DNA of 63,978 nt, counting the filler, from Octopus bimaculoides (taxonomy: Eukaryota), in the NCBI RefSeq assembly GCF_001194135.2. It is 5 parts of 5 records of this genome, joined end to end, with 100 filler letters (N's around TTAATTAATTAA, not from the genome) between each part and the next. Parts side by side here need not be neighbours in the genome. Positions count along the whole stretch, not along the records: positions 1 to 22,344 come from NC_068998.1; 4 more parts are not named here. The stretch is one strand, 5' to 3'. Positions 1 through 12,819 of this stretch are shown in pieces. Numbering within the stretch: the stretch's first letter is position 1; each line of letters starts with the position of its first letter. The notes under the pieces are model-generated. The model was not told the origin of the DNA. It saw only the letters and a program-made list of their open reading frames with translations, and ran no database searches. Both the position numbers and the translations under genes were made by a program.

Positions 1-6
1 TATATA

Positions 7-270
7 TAAGGTTGTGGCAAAATAATAACAGTATTTGTTATTTTAAATTTCGCATAGACTTTTATCTATGTTCATAGAAGAGATAGTTTCTCCCACTGTC
101 CAATCTTCTTTATTTCTGGCTGTCAAGTTAAAAACGATGGCGGGAGGGATCAAATTCAATCGATTTTATTGCATGAGTTTAAAAAAGATCGCGAAGCATC
201 ATCAACTGAGCAGAAGGACTATCAATGAGATCCTCGAAGATGAAGTAAGTTGCGGATGACATTATGCAAC
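7..270 (+). mobile_element. Degraded 5' fragment of a mariner-type DNA transposon
   Basis: TA followed by a TIR-like TAAGGTTGTGGCAAAATAATAACAG. Frameshifted reading ILLHEFKK...RTINEILEDEVS resembles the mariner N-terminal HTH. No matching right TIR seen. Confidence 0.4.
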
Positions 271-466
271 TGATATTGACTAATTGGTAGAGTGGTCATT
301 AGTAAATCCACGTAAATAACTCGAGACGGTGCAAAAGAACTAAACGCTGACCATTTAGCACTTAATGCTAGCATAACGTTGGAAATTTAATGGATTTTAC
401 TAGTGAACGCTGAGAGCTTTAGTTTTCTTTTGCTATTTTGGTGGCGACACGGTGACAAGCACACGG

Positions 467-510
<44 letters not shown>
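467..510. repeat. (GATA)n microsatellite
   Basis: Perfect tetranucleotide run. Confidence 0.98.
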
Positions 511-511
<1 letters not shown>

Positions 512-782
512 GAATGTTTGGAAGTGGAAGTCATGACAATTGTTTGTTGTGGTGGTAACAGTGACAGATAGGAGATAAAATAAGAAGCAAAATCATACGC
601 AGGCTCAGGCATGCAAGCACACACACCGTTACGCGCGCACGCGCGCGAATATGCTTACGCACTGACAACTGCTGCTGTGCTGATGATGCAGGTAAAGTAT
701 TAGTTAATTAATGAAGTAGGTGGTGGTAGCTTTTGTAAATTGTAGCTGATGGCGAACAATTTATTTGTTTTTGTGAACTAGA

Positions 783-1156
783 TTGTTGGCACTCCGTCGC
801 TTACGACGATGAGGGTTCCAGTTGATCCGATCAACGGAACAACCTGCTCGTGAAATTAACGTGCAAGTGGCTGAGCACTCCACAGACACGTGTACCCTTA
901 ACGTAGTTCTCGGGGATACTCAGCGTGACAAGGCTGACCCTTCGAAATACAGGTACAACAGAAACAGGAAGTAAGAGTGAGAGAAAGTTGTGGTGAAAGA
1001 GTACAGCAGGGTTCGCCACCATCCCCTGCCGGAGCCTCGTGGAGCTTTTAGGTGTTTTCACTCAATAAACACTCACAGCGCCCGGTCTGAGAATCGAAAC
1101 TGTGATCCTATGACTGCGAGTCCGCTTCCCTAACCACTAGGCCATTACGCCTCCAC
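783..1156 (-). mobile_element. tRNA-derived SINE, family C (long subfamily), full length
   Basis: Reverse complement of the copy at 49176-49556. A-box/B-box head lies at the right end. 11-bp TSD TGTGAACTAGA at 772-782 and 1157-1167. Confidence 0.92.
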
Positions 1157-1937
1157 TGTGAACTAGACATATAACAAGAAAATTCCAGTTAAGCTGCGTG
1201 ATAGTGGTATCAAACGTAGCATATAACTTGTTCTATTCTTCTCTCCCGTTTTACTAATTCAGTGTGCATCATGTGCATTGCGTGTCCATACGTCTCTTTC
1301 TGGTTCCTACTCAAAACTGTTTACAGATCACAACCATCTCACGAACCTGCATTTGTGAGGAGCGTTTAGCGCTCCGATGGTTGTCAGTAAAAAAAAACAA
1401 AAAAAAAACTGGAAAAAACGACTGTGATTTAACGCATGCGCCTTAGTGCATGTAACATTCGTCCCTGTCGGCAACACTTCCTTGACTACCAACAACAAAT
1501 AAACAACAGCCGTTACAAACAACAAATAAACATCATTACCACTACCACCACCACCACCACCACCACTGCCACCGCTATTTGCTACGATCATCTATTTTGT
1601 TTTCCTTCTTTTTTTCTTCTCTTTTTTTCTTCTTTTCTTCTTTTCCTCTATCTCTTTTCAGTTACTTCCCTTAGTGTGATGCGTAAGGTAGGTAGGTAGG
1701 TAGGTAGGTACTATCGTATTCATTTGTATTTGTGTGTGTGAACATTGGTATAATAAATAATGGATTATTTTAATTTATTTATATATTTATTGAAGTAATA
1801 TTTACATATTCGTAATAAAAACAAACAAACTACTTCAAATAACATTAAAATGTTTGTCATGTATACGGTTTTGCCATATTATAATTCTGAGAACATCCAA
1901 ATATTTAGAGAGCAAAAGAGGTAAGTAGGGAGGTATG

Positions 1938-1962
1938 GAGAGAGAGAGAAAGAGAGAAACAG

Positions 1963-2017
<55 letters not shown>

Positions 2018-2027
2018 GAGAAAGAGA
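1938..2027. repeat. (GA)n microsatellite
   Basis: Imperfect GA run. Confidence 0.95.
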
Positions 2028-2192
2028 ATGAGTAAGTGAGATGTATTTGTTATTTGAAAATAATTTCGGAACGAGATTGCGTTTCGAAATGAAATAATCT
2101 TTTTACTATAGAAATATAATCACAGAAAAGAAAAGCTTAATGAGTGCATAAAATGTATATAGATACCAACACGCGCGCACACGCACACACAC

Positions 2193-2234
<42 letters not shown>

Positions 2235-2678
2235 CTATTTATGTATGTGTTCGTGAATATGTGTGTGCGTGCATTGCGTTTGTATTTGTGTATGAGTGCG
2301 TATAAGTATGCATGCAACTATAAACCGCATGCAATGCATCAATTCATGATTGAGGCGTACGTATATATGTGTTCACTGTATGTATACATGTATGTATAAT
2401 ATATAATATGATATATATATATATATATATATATATATTGATGTATAAATATAGAGTAGTGGTACAAATGCGCCAATGTTTACTGGAAATAGCAGCCGAT
2501 AAATTTACGATGCTACAGTAAAGCTTCACTGTATACATACTGGCAAATCAATGCCCGTATATATACTACATCAATGCCAGTATACTCGCCTGAACGCCGA
2601 GCCGTTTGACAGAACCGAGAACAGTGAAAAAGTTTATATATAAATGTATGATATATATATATATATATATATATATAA

Positions 2679-3504
2679 ATTTTTGTTAAGGGAAAGTTAC
2701 TTGAGGTTGTCAATTCGTTCGTCTACCTTGGAAGCTCTGTTCAAAATGATGGAAATCTTGATACAGAAATACAGCTGCGAATTCAAAGGGCAGCAAAAGC
2801 ATTTGGTGGCTTAGAGTCACGCGTTTGGTGCCAGCAACATATAAATAAGAATACAAAGCTGGCTTTTTACAAATCATTTGTCTTACCATCCCTGTTGCAT
2901 TCCTGTGAAACTTGGACTTGTTATGAAAGGCATTTAAAACTGTTAGAACGATTCCACCAAAAATGCCTTCATCGCGTTTTAAAAATCAAATGGAGTTCTT
3001 TTACTCCAAACACAGATGTCCTTGCATCTGCAGGCATCACCTCAATTAAAGCTATGATTTTGAGGAACCAATTGAGATGGTGTTGCCATATTGTTCGAAT
3101 GCCAGATGAACGCATGCCGAAACAACAGTTTTATGGTGAGCTTGCAGAGGGGAAACGCTATCAGTGTAAACCTAAAAAGAGGTTTAAGGACGGCATAAGG
3201 ACTACTTTGAAGTCGCTTGGAATGGTTCCAGAAGATGTAGAAACCCTTGATTTGGATCGGGTTGGATGGCGAACAAAGATGTGGAGTGGAGTAAAAGAAT
3301 TTGAAGAGGCCAGGATAACGCAAGACTCAAAAGAGATCTAAGGAAGAATGTAACGATCAAGAAGGTGAATGAGAATGACCTTTTGTGTGCACAGTCTGTG
3401 ACAGACCATGCCTGTCTTTGGCTGGCCTCAAATCTCATCTGCAAACGCATGGAAAACGAACCTCCGCCAACTATTCTGACTATATGTCTGTGCAGACCTT
3501 TGAA
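2679..3504 (+). mobile_element. RTE-clade LINE 3' fragment (RT C-terminal region plus C2H2 finger)
   Basis: Open frame ~2679-3341 reads EVVNSFVYLGS...RIQRAAKAFG...VLPSLLHSCETWT...QLRWCCHIVRMPDERMPKQQFYGEL...KPKKRFKD, all typical RTE motifs. After a stop/frameshift it continues CTVCDRPCLSLAGLKSHLQTH. Confidence 0.92.
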
Positions 3505-3856
3505 ACCTCCCAAACGAATGAAAACATCACAAAAATTCATGAACTGATCTTGGAGGATCGTCACCGAACAGTTGACGAACTTATTGATATGACTGGTGTG
3601 TCCTCGCTTGCTCAGGAAAGATCAAAAGCAATCACGACTGAATGAGTGTCGTGAACAGAAAAAGCAGTTGGAAACTAATCCGGACTTTTTTTTCCCGAAA
3701 GCTGGTGCTACGGAATTTACAGATGTGGAAGAGGTGAAGAAAAAGATGACAAAGGCGTTAAACGGCATCACTTCGCAAGAGTTCCGGGGCTGCTTCGAAC
3801 GGTGGAAAACGCGTCTGGATTGATGCATTGCTTCAAATGGAGAATACTTTGAAGAC
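3505..3856 (+). mobile_element. Internally deleted mariner transposase remnant
   Basis: TSQTNENITKIHELILEDRHRTVDELIDMTGVS (HTH) is joined to KQSRLNEC and the C-terminal FTDVEEVKK...CFERWKTRLD*CIASNGEYFE. Ends at an assembly gap. Confidence 0.85.
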
Positions 3857-4671
3857 NNNNNNNNNNNNNNNNNNNNNNNNNNNNNNNNNNNNNNNNNNNN
3901 NNNNNNNNNNNNNNNNNNNNNNNNNNNNNNNNNNNNNNNNNNNNNNNNNNNNNNNNNNNNNNNNNNNNNNNNNNNNNNNNNNNNNNNNNNNNNNNNNNNN
4001 NNNNNNNNNNNNNNNNNNNNNNNNNNNNNNNNNNNNNNNNNNNNNNNNNNNNNNNNNNNNNNNNNNNNNNNNNNNNNNNNNNNNNNNNNNNNNNNNNNNN
4101 NNNNNNNNNNNNNNNNNNNNNNNNNNNNNNNNNNNNNNNNNNNNNNNNNNNNNNNNNNNNNNNNNNNNNNNNNNNNNNNNNNNNNNNNNNNNNNNNNNNN
4201 NNNNNNNNNNNNNNNNNNNNNNNNNNNNNNNNNNNNNNNNNNNNNNNNNNNNNNNNNNNNNNNNNNNNNNNNNNNNNNNNNNNNNNNNNNNNNNNNNNNN
4301 NNNNNNNNNNNNNNNNNNNNNNNNNNNNNNNNNNNNNNNNNNNNNNNNNNNNNNNNNNNNNNNNNNNNNNNNNNNNNNNNNNNNNNNNNNNNNNNNNNNN
4401 NNNNNNNNNNNNNNNNNNNNNNNNNNNNNNNNNNNNNNNNNNNNNNNNNNNNNNNNNNNNNNNNNNNNNNNNNNNNNNNNNNNNNNNNNNNNNNNNNNNN
4501 NNNNNNNNNNNNNNNNNNNNNNNNNNNNNCAGCATGACCGCAGCCACTTGGCTGAAACACATAAATAAATAAATAAATAAATACACACACACACACACAC
4601 ACTCACACACACACACACACATACACACACACACACAAACATACATACATATACATATATTCTTTTCTTTT

Positions 4672-4983
4672 AGTTTTTTTTACTTGTTTCAGTCATTTGA
4701 CTGCGGCCATGCTGGAGCACCGCCCTAAAGGGTTTTAGTCGAAGAAGTCGACCCCCGGACTTATTCTTTGTAAGCGTAGTACTTATTCTATCGGTCTCTT
4801 TTTGCCGAACCTTTAAGTTACGGGGACATAAACACACCAGCATCCGTCTACCAAATCCACTCACAAGGCTTTGGTCGGCCCGAGTCCACAGTAGAAGACA
4901 CTTGTCCAAGGTGCCACGTAGTGGGACTGAACCCAGAACCATGTGGTCAGGAAGCAAGCTTCTTACCACACACCCACGCCTTG

Positions 4984-4986
<3 letters not shown>
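4672..4986 (-). mobile_element. tRNA-derived SINE, family A (internal deletion)
   Basis: Reverse-complement match to 41123-41536, lacking the internal microsatellite segment. Confidence 0.9.
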
Positions 4987-5035
<49 letters not shown>

Positions 5036-5564
5036 AATACACACGCACTACACACAATGTTTGTGTACAAATATGCTTATTTTACATATGCGCACTCAAA
5101 ATACTCACACACAGGTGGATACTCGCGCGCACACAGGCACAGATACACACATGCACACACACACATATGTACACACACACACATGTACACACACGTACAC
5201 ACACACACACAAATATATGCGTATGTACACACACCTGTGTATTTGTCTGTTTGGTTGTGGTTTGAGCAAGACTATTTGTGTCAGTCTGTCACAATATTTA
5301 ATGCATTTGAAATATTACAAATAATGGAAACTACATTTTAAACATATATATTTGCTAACTATCAAAAATCGTATAATTAAGTATTTTTGAAAACTCTTCT
5401 TCTCAATATTTATATGATGAAAATAAATGCATATCTATGTTCGCTTTTAATTCTTTAGATACTTTTAACGATGTAAACAAGGCCTTGCTGAAGCATAGCT
5501 CTCAGATATTAATGTTCAATGTATTTTGCATCACCTCCGACTCCAATGTGTTTTTATTATCCGG

Positions 5565-6160
5565 TGGACAAAATGCTTAGAAACATTTCGTCCGTTTTTA
5601 CGCTCTGAGTTCAAATTCCGTGGTCCACTTTGACTCTCATCCTTTCGAGGTCAATGAATTACGTACCATTTGAGTATTTAAATCGATGTAAGCGATTTAC
5701 CTCCTTCTCCGAAGTTGCTGGCCTCCCGCCAAAATTTGAAACCAATAATCACATGATGAAACGTATACGTACCTATGTTCTTCTTTAATTTCTTTGTTTC
5801 TTTTAGCCATGTGAACACGGTCATGCTGGAGCACAGCTTTCAATGTTCGGTGTGTTTTGCGTCATCTCTGACCTCAATCTAATTTTATCATTCGATGGAC
5901 AAAGGCGGCGAGCGGGCAAAATCTTTAGCACGCCGGGCAAAATGCTTGTGGATCCCAAAAGGTTGAAAGGCAAAATGCTTTACCTTTCATCCTTTCAGGA
6001 TCCATAAGATAGGTACCAGTTGAACACTGGGGACGATGTGATCGACTATACCTGTCCCCTCAAATTCCAGGCCTTGTGCCTATAGTATAAAGTATTATTC
6101 GGTAGACAAGGCCGGTAAACTGGCAGATTCTTTAGCACGCTGGGCAAAATGCTTAGCACC
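5565..6160 (+). mobile_element. Cluster of three partial family B SINEs in an old tandem duplication
   Basis: Repeated SINE-B motifs (aaatgcttag, gagttcaaattcc, catcctttc). Each piece is preceded by a related unique flank ending in ggacaa/agacaa. Confidence 0.75.
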
Positions 6161-6943
6161 ATTTGTTGTTATTATTAATCTTATTAGTTATCATTCTCTC
6201 ATCTTAATGTTAAGGAGTGGCGAAATAAATTAAAGGTGTTTAAAAAAAAACTGTCAGCACACACTACATTCTAGAATAAAGTCGAATACATTATCTCAAG
6301 TACTTATTCTATCGACCTTACGAAGACGCAAGGAAAAGTGAACCGGGGTGAGATTTGATACCAGAACTTAAAGGAGCTGAGCGAACTCGACCAATGATAT
6401 CATACTGTGCACTACCGTATCTGCCATCTAGGTGCGTTTAATATGACATGGTGTCGTATCGATTAGGCATGTTAGCAGTATTGCTACCGCCATTTATTTA
6501 TGAGATTATGCGATCCAATCTGTGATGATTATTATTGTTAGGTTTAATAAAACTAGTTTTCTTCGTGTTATGAATTTTTTCTTTACTATTCTGGAAAGTG
6601 ATTTGCAAATTCAATATACGAAGCGTTTCCATTTCGCATAAATTGTGTCCGTGTATTACATTCTTCCGTATTTAGCAATCAAGAAAATCTCGAGTCCAAA
6701 GAAATTTGTAATCTTCTTCGTCAATAAACATTTAATAGAATTCGTAAAATAGATAACAGGATTGAAAATTAAAAACTGATATTTGAAAATATTACACAGA
6801 TGATTATTCTATGTGGTTTAATCTATACAAAAGATTAATCTAGACCGGAATAGCAGTAGTCTGAGTATGTTGTATGCATTTGGATATGTGATGATGATGA
6901 TGATGATGATGACGATGATGATAATGATGATAATAATAATAAT

Positions 6944-7501
6944 TGCCCTGATGCAGTACTACGCACTGGCTCTCATGGCTTCTCATCTTAACTGATTGGA
7001 AGTGTTATCATTTACATGTTTTGTCTTGGTATAAAAAGATGGGCTACAGCAAATATTCTACTCAGTACCACAGATTTGCTTGTCAGTTGTTTGACCTTAA
7101 CCAGTTGACAATGTCCCTTAGTGGCTGATGAAATGTGCATCTCTGATCACGAGCAGAAGTAGTGGAGGAGGATCATAGCTATTTGTTGAAAGGAATTATC
7201 TTGGCTTTGAACAATTCACCTCTGGAAACATGGGTGTTTCGTTCAACATCCTTAGACAAACCTTATTCAGGGACCTTTTGAGCGAGATGGGCTACTCAAA
7301 CTACAGAAAAAATTCTAACTAGGCATCAACTTCAAGGTCATGCGCTGTTTATATTGATATTAGATCAATATGTCGCGCACATATGGTTGTAATGCATGTG
7401 CCTGGTGTATCCTTATCAGACAGGTAGCCATTGTGGGTATACTGAGCTTCGTATATTTTACCTCAGTGTCACTTTGATGGCATGCATTGCTCTCTCACTC
7501 A
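6944..7501. mobile_element. Unclassified ~560-bp interspersed repeat embedded in (GAT/AAT)n tracts
   Basis: A second diverged copy lies at 42960-43466. Both have triplet microsatellites at both ends, with no tRNA head, TIR or ORF. Confidence 0.85.
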
Positions 7502-7698
7502 GTAAATAATAGCAACAACAACATCAACAACAACAACAATAGTAATAACTCTTTCTACTATAGGCACAAGGCTTCCTTCTTTGGGGAAGGAGTGGCTGAT
7601 TACATCGACCTCAGTGAGCTACTGGCACCCACTTTATCAACCCGGAAAGAGATGAACGACAAAGTCAACCTCAGATCATATTTATAAGAATATATATA

Positions 7699-8545
7699 CA
7701 GGGTGCGATGGGTAAATTGACACCATTTTATATTTTTAATTTTGCGCATGCAAAATGTTTGTTTTTGATTTTGTCAACTACACATTATTGTAGGATCAGT
7801 TGGGCACCGTCTGTGAGAAAAACAGCACCATGACGCAATTCACTCTGCCAGAAATTTAGAAACGCCATGCTGTACTGCTTGGCATTCACGCCGGAAGTTC
7901 CAATATGAACATTTCTGAGTGTTTGTGTGTCAATCTGAAGATATGTAGCGAGTGTGATAAAAATCAAACGTCCAGTCAAAATAATGGTGTTTGGAGTGAT
8001 CACTGGTGATGGTGACGTTATGCCTCAATTCTTCCTCTCCCACGACCTCAGATTCAATACAGAAGCCTACGTCAAGTGCCTGGAGAAGGTAGTGCTGCCC
8101 TGGGTAAAGATGGTGGCTGCTGGAAGACCCTAACTTCTGGTAACAAGACTCTGCACCGTGTCACTCAAGCAGGAGATCCCAGTCATGGCTTTCAGAGAAT
8201 TTCTGCGACCACATCACCCCTGACATCTGGCCACCTAACTCCCCAGACTGCAACCCCCTTGACTGTTATGTGTGGGGCGCAGTTGACCGAGAAACCAACG
8301 AAACTCCTTGTAACACCGATGATGAACTGAAGGCAAGGATCATGGCAGCATTCACCAACTTAAACAAGGAGACCGTCCAGAAGAGTTGCAGGAGATTCCA
8401 AAGTCGTCTGGAGGCCGTGGTTGAAGCCAATGGCGATTTTATTGAATAAATTTACTGTTTAATATTTCAAGATATTTTTATGGAATTTTGATAAATATAT
8501 GCTAAAATGAGATGTCAGTGTTATTTTAATTTTTGTGTAACTTAG
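7699..8545 (+). mobile_element. maT (DD37D) Tc1/mariner transposon remnant
   Basis: Starts TA|CAGGGTG. Translation gives MVFGVIT...YVKCLEKVVLPW...QDSAPCH...WPPNSPDCNPLDCYVW...VEANGDFIE*, with 37 residues between the 2nd and 3rd catalytic D. Has premature stops, a frameshift and an N-terminal deletion; the right end is in the gap. Confidence 0.9.
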
Positions 8546-8800
8546 NNNNNNNNNNNNNNNNNNNNNNNNNNNNNNNNNNNNNNNNNNNNNNNNNNNNNNN
8601 NNNNNNNNNNNNNNNNNNNNNNNNNNNNNNNNNNNNNNNNNNNNNNNNNNNNNNNNNNNNNNNNNNNNNNNNNNNNNNNNNNNNNNGTGTGTGTGTGTGT
8701 GTGTGTATAATTACTGTATATAATATATATCATAATTTGAACTCGGAACGTTAAAGACGTACGAAATGCCGCTAAGCATTTTGTCCAGAGCGGTAACAAT

Positions 8801-8880
8801 TTTACGAAACTAAATATTTACGAAACTAAATATTTACGAAACTAAATATTTACGAAACTAAATATTTACGAAACTAAATA
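8801..8880. repeat. 16-bp minisatellite, 5 perfect copies (TTTACGAAACTAAATA)
   Basis: Direct tandem copies with no spacers, next to a SINE-B head fragment. Confidence 0.95.
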
Positions 8881-9507
8881 TTAATTCATTTCATTAAAAT
8901 ATTTCAAGAGTTTGATGGAATTATTGGTAACACACTATCAGCATACTTATGCTGTGAAGTAAAATTAGCTCTCTAGAGACAACATGGTTTTCATATCTTT
9001 TCCAAGAAAATTAGTGCAAAAATATATCATTGCAAATGAGAAATGAAACTAACTGCAAATTTCATTCCTATTGCAAAATATTAGAGAGCAAAAAAATGTA
9101 CAAATCAGGATAATGAAAGCGAATGTAATTATTATTTTGATTTTTTCTACTGTTTATACTGTCCGTTCGATGTTGATGACTGTGGCGTCGTCGAGTTTTG
9201 AAAATCCTTAATTCTTTTTATTCATTCATTTATTTATTTTTGGTGAATAAGTGCAGATGAACAGCAGCTGCCAAGTTCAGACCGAGTACTCCGCTCCGGG
9301 TACCACCAGAATATATACACATAAAGAAAAAAGACAGATTAGATAATGGAGAGAGTATAACATACTCTGACTCCAAAACTGTGCCCCATACAATTAATAT
9401 TGGCTTCAAATTTTGGCACAAGAATTAGAAGTAACGTTGGAGATGTAAGAAAATTCAACTTAAACACTTTATCGAATATGAAACTATTTCTAATAAACAA
9501 TAAGAAA

Positions 9508-9725
9508 TATTGGTTTCAAATTTTGGCACAAGTCTAGCAATTTCAGGGAAGGGGACTAGTCGATTACTTCGACTCCAGTTCTCAAATGGTACTTATTTTC
9601 TCAACCCCGTAAGGATGAAAGGCAAAGTTTACCTCAGCGGAATATGAACTCAGAATGCGAAGACGGACGAAATGTCGCTAAGCATTTTAACCGACGTGCT
9701 AACGATTCTGTCAGCTCGCTTCCTT
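9508..9725 (-). mobile_element. Family B SINE
   Basis: Reverse-complement match to 31692-31903, with the aaatttgaaacc-type tail. Confidence 0.85.
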
Positions 9726-9994
9726 AGCAATAAGAAATATTAGAAACAGAATTGAAACAAATCCCGCATACAATGCACCCTGGAAAAACAACAACACCAG
9801 TAAAATAACTGATAAAACACACATACACACATACACAGACACGCATACACACACATACACAGACAAAGGGAAGTTCAACTCAGCAATGAAAGCAGTATGA
9901 CAAAAATTACAATTCACAGTATACATCCACCTTTGCAAGTGAAAGAAAATAAAACGGGAGAAATGATAGCACACGAAAACGTCAGGTCGTGTGT

Positions 9995-10034
<40 letters not shown>

Positions 10035-10039
10035 TTTAT

Positions 10040-10250
10040 CTTTTACTTAGTTCAGTCATTGGACTGCGGCCATGCTGGGGCACCGCCTTGAAGAGTTTTA
10101 GTGGATTGAATCGACCCCAGTATTTATTCTATCAGTCTATTATGCTGAACCGCTAAGTTACTGGGACACAAGCATACCAACACCGGTTGTCAAGTGGTGG
10201 TGGGGGCCAACCATAGACACAAAGACACACATACATAGATACAAATCAGT
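10040..10250 (-). mobile_element. Family A SINE, 3' half
   Basis: Contains cagtcattggactgcggccatgctg...ccgctaagttac...ggttgtcaag. Confidence 0.8.
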
Positions 10251-10254
10251 ATCA

Positions 10255-11318
10255 ACATAATAGATTATTTGAGACAGACCAGAGGAGATTTTATAACCTA
10301 ATAAATAGTTGAGAACGAAGTAGCGAAGATGAGAAACCAAATGCAGAAGAAGCTAGAAAGTTCTGGAGTAATATTTGGGATAATCCAGTCAATCATAATG
10401 GAAATGCAGTATGGTTAAAGAAAGTTAGGGAAGAAGTAGTGAGTGAGAAGTAGCCAGATCTAAGATTAACTAGTGCATTAATGAGTAAAGTGTTAGGAAA
10501 AAATGCCGAATTGGAAGGGTCCAGGACCAGATTTAGTTCAAGGGTACTGACTAAAGAAATTCAGTAGTTTACACGGGAGGCTGAGGAAACAACTTCAGGA
10601 TTACCTTAATGGAGGAATAATACAACATTGGATGACTAGAGGGAGGACAATGCTCATTATGAAAGATAAGAGCAAGGGTAATACAACTAGCAACTATAGA
10701 CCAATCACTTGCTTTTCATTAGTGCAGAAGCTGTAAACAGGAAAGCTTTCAGAAAGCATTTACGAGCACCTTGGCAACCAGAATTTACTACAAGAAGAGA
10801 AAGCTTACATGAAGAATGCTAGAGGAACGCACGTTCTATTATATATAGACAAAGCAGTTCTAAATGAAGTATATTAAGAGAATTCATTAGCTGTAGCATG
10901 AAGAAATGAAAAGTAGGTTTCTACTCAGGTGACACACTCTTAGGGAAAGTTAATATCAAAAGAGAAATTTTCCAGGGGGAGTCGTTGTCCCCTTTAATAT
11001 TTGTCTTATGTTTGATCCCCCTCAGTTTAGTATTAAGGAAGGCAAAGGCAGGGTATCAGTTCAGAAATAGTAATGGAAAAATTAACCATTTGCATTACAT
11101 GGACGATCTGAAGCTTTTAGTAAGAATGAAAAAGAGATAGATTCCTTAATACAGACTGTGAGAGTCTTCAGCAAAGATATAGGCATGCAATTTGGCATAG
11201 ATAAGTGTGTAATATAAGTCATGAGAAAGGGACAGGTAGTCAACAGCGAAGGTATCCAATTACCAGATGGCCAGACATTAAAATCATTGAAAAGTGGAGA
11301 GAGTTATAAGTTCTTGGC
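10255..11318 (+). mobile_element. Dong/R4-clade non-LTR retrotransposon reverse-transcriptase fragment (decayed)
   Basis: Reads FWSNIW, MPNWKGPGPD, SNYRPITC, IFQGESLSPLIF, HLHYMDDLKL and IGMQFGIDKC, with several stops, frameshifts and an internal deletion. Confidence 0.88.
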
Positions 11319-11395
11319 ATCTAGGGTTACTTGTTTTAGCCCGATGTTAGGTATTTTTCTTTCCTAACAGTTTAATTTGTTGCGCGTATATGATA

Positions 11396-11429
<34 letters not shown>

Positions 11430-11430
11430 G

Positions 11431-11483
<53 letters not shown>
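11396..11483. repeat. (TAC)n(TAA)n compound microsatellite
   Basis: Direct triplet runs. Confidence 0.97.
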
Positions 11484-11672
11484 CCATTCTACAAAGTCTG
11501 AACTTTATGGGGAGGGGTTATGTCGATTACATCGACCCTAGTGCTCAACTGGTACATTATCGACCACGAAAGGATGAAAAGCAAAGTCGACCTCGGCAGA
11601 ATTTGAACTCAGAAAGTAAAGATGGGCGAAATGCCGTTAAGCATTTTCCCCAGTGCGCTAGCGATTCTGCCA
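11484..11672 (-). mobile_element. Family B SINE between (AAT)n and (GAT)n tracts
   Basis: Contains gaaaagcaaagtcgacctcggcagaatttgaactcag...gattctgcc. Confidence 0.85.
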
Positions 11673-12167
11673 TGATGATGATGATGATGATGATGATTAT
11701 GATACCAACAACATGAGCAGTGATTTTTTTCACCAGAGCAAACACATTTTAAAACAGTACAAAAGTAAGCAATTGAAATAAGACGAAAGAAAATGAAAAT
11801 GAGAATGAGTTATCAAGTCACAGAGCTACAGATTCATTGCTGACAATGAACAGACAATGAAATATGTGCGAATACATGTATTTACATATTTATTAAATGG
11901 AATAAATTCTAACTTCTTAAATTCCAACGTTTCATAACAGGGAGAATGTCTCTTCAATTGACAATGGCCTTTTGTTAGATTTCAGACAATATCAAATAAA
12001 ATATTTCTCTTTGTATGTACATACGTGAAGGTGTATATGTTTCTCGCTGCGTGTGTGTGTGCATGTGTGTATGTGTGTGTGTGCGTGTGTATCTGTGCGC
12101 GTGTGAATGTGTATATCTAAATGTATATATATATGGATGTATATATCCACATTATATTTATGAATGT

Positions 12168-12210
12168 ACTAGAAGAGATACCCGGCGTTGCTCGGGATTA
12201 AAATGGTATA
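12168..12210 (+). mobile_element. Helentron-associated (HINE/Helitron-type) element end
   Basis: ACTAGAAGAGATACCCGGCGTTGCTCGGGATTAAAATGG has a short subterminal hairpin. A related fragment occurs in reverse at ~32618-32649. The other end was not located. Confidence 0.5.
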
Positions 12211-12819
12211 GTTTATATATATATATATTATAGTTATGTTGGAACAGGTGATACGGAAAGTGTAGCATTAACGACAAAACATTTGTGGAATAAATGGTGG
12301 TCTAATTCAACTAAGTGACATGTAATACGTCTGTTTGGAGGATTCCAGGCCCTAACCTATCACAGAAAATTGGAAGTGGGGGGTGGTATGTAATTTTTGA
12401 AAGCACTGAAAAGCTGTCAGTGGATATACTCACCTTTGAGGCGGTCAGCGCTGCGTCTAACATGACCTATAGTATGGTAGACAGTCAAATGAATGGAGGT
12501 GTAATGGAGATATTGTACGTAAATTTTAATTCTGGAAATGGGTTGCAATGGGAGACAGCAACGAGGAAGTAAACTGTTGAAATGTTGCAGCAGGCGAAGG
12601 GTTGACATTGGATTGCTGGTGTGGCTGTAGAATAAGAAACATAAAGTGAGCCTATACAGTCACATGAGAATATGTAGTAATGAATTACTTGAAAAAATAA
12701 GGCATAATACCTTACCGCGTGGTATGTATTTAGTATGTCTGTATTTTTGTATGCGGTGTAAATTAACGAAATATAAACATATAAACAAAATAGAATCACA
12801 TGTATGGAACTGCTAATTT

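Noticed and set aside
438-456. TGGTGGCGACACGG as an LTR primer-binding site
   Set aside because: No LTR or gag/pol remnants nearby, and no clear tRNA 3' end match.
1328-1591. Minus-strand ORF with a Gly run and hydrophobic stretch resembling a signal peptide
   Set aside because: The Gly run comes from an (ACC)n microsatellite and the hydrophobic part from A-rich low complexity. There is no usable splice donor.
7125-7131. CTGATGA hammerhead core motif in the TAA-embedded element
   Set aside because: No properly placed GAAA or flanking stems, and the second copy reads ATGACGA.
8801-8880. Possible CRISPR-like repeat array
   Set aside because: Five contiguous 16-mers with no spacers in a eukaryotic context: a minisatellite.
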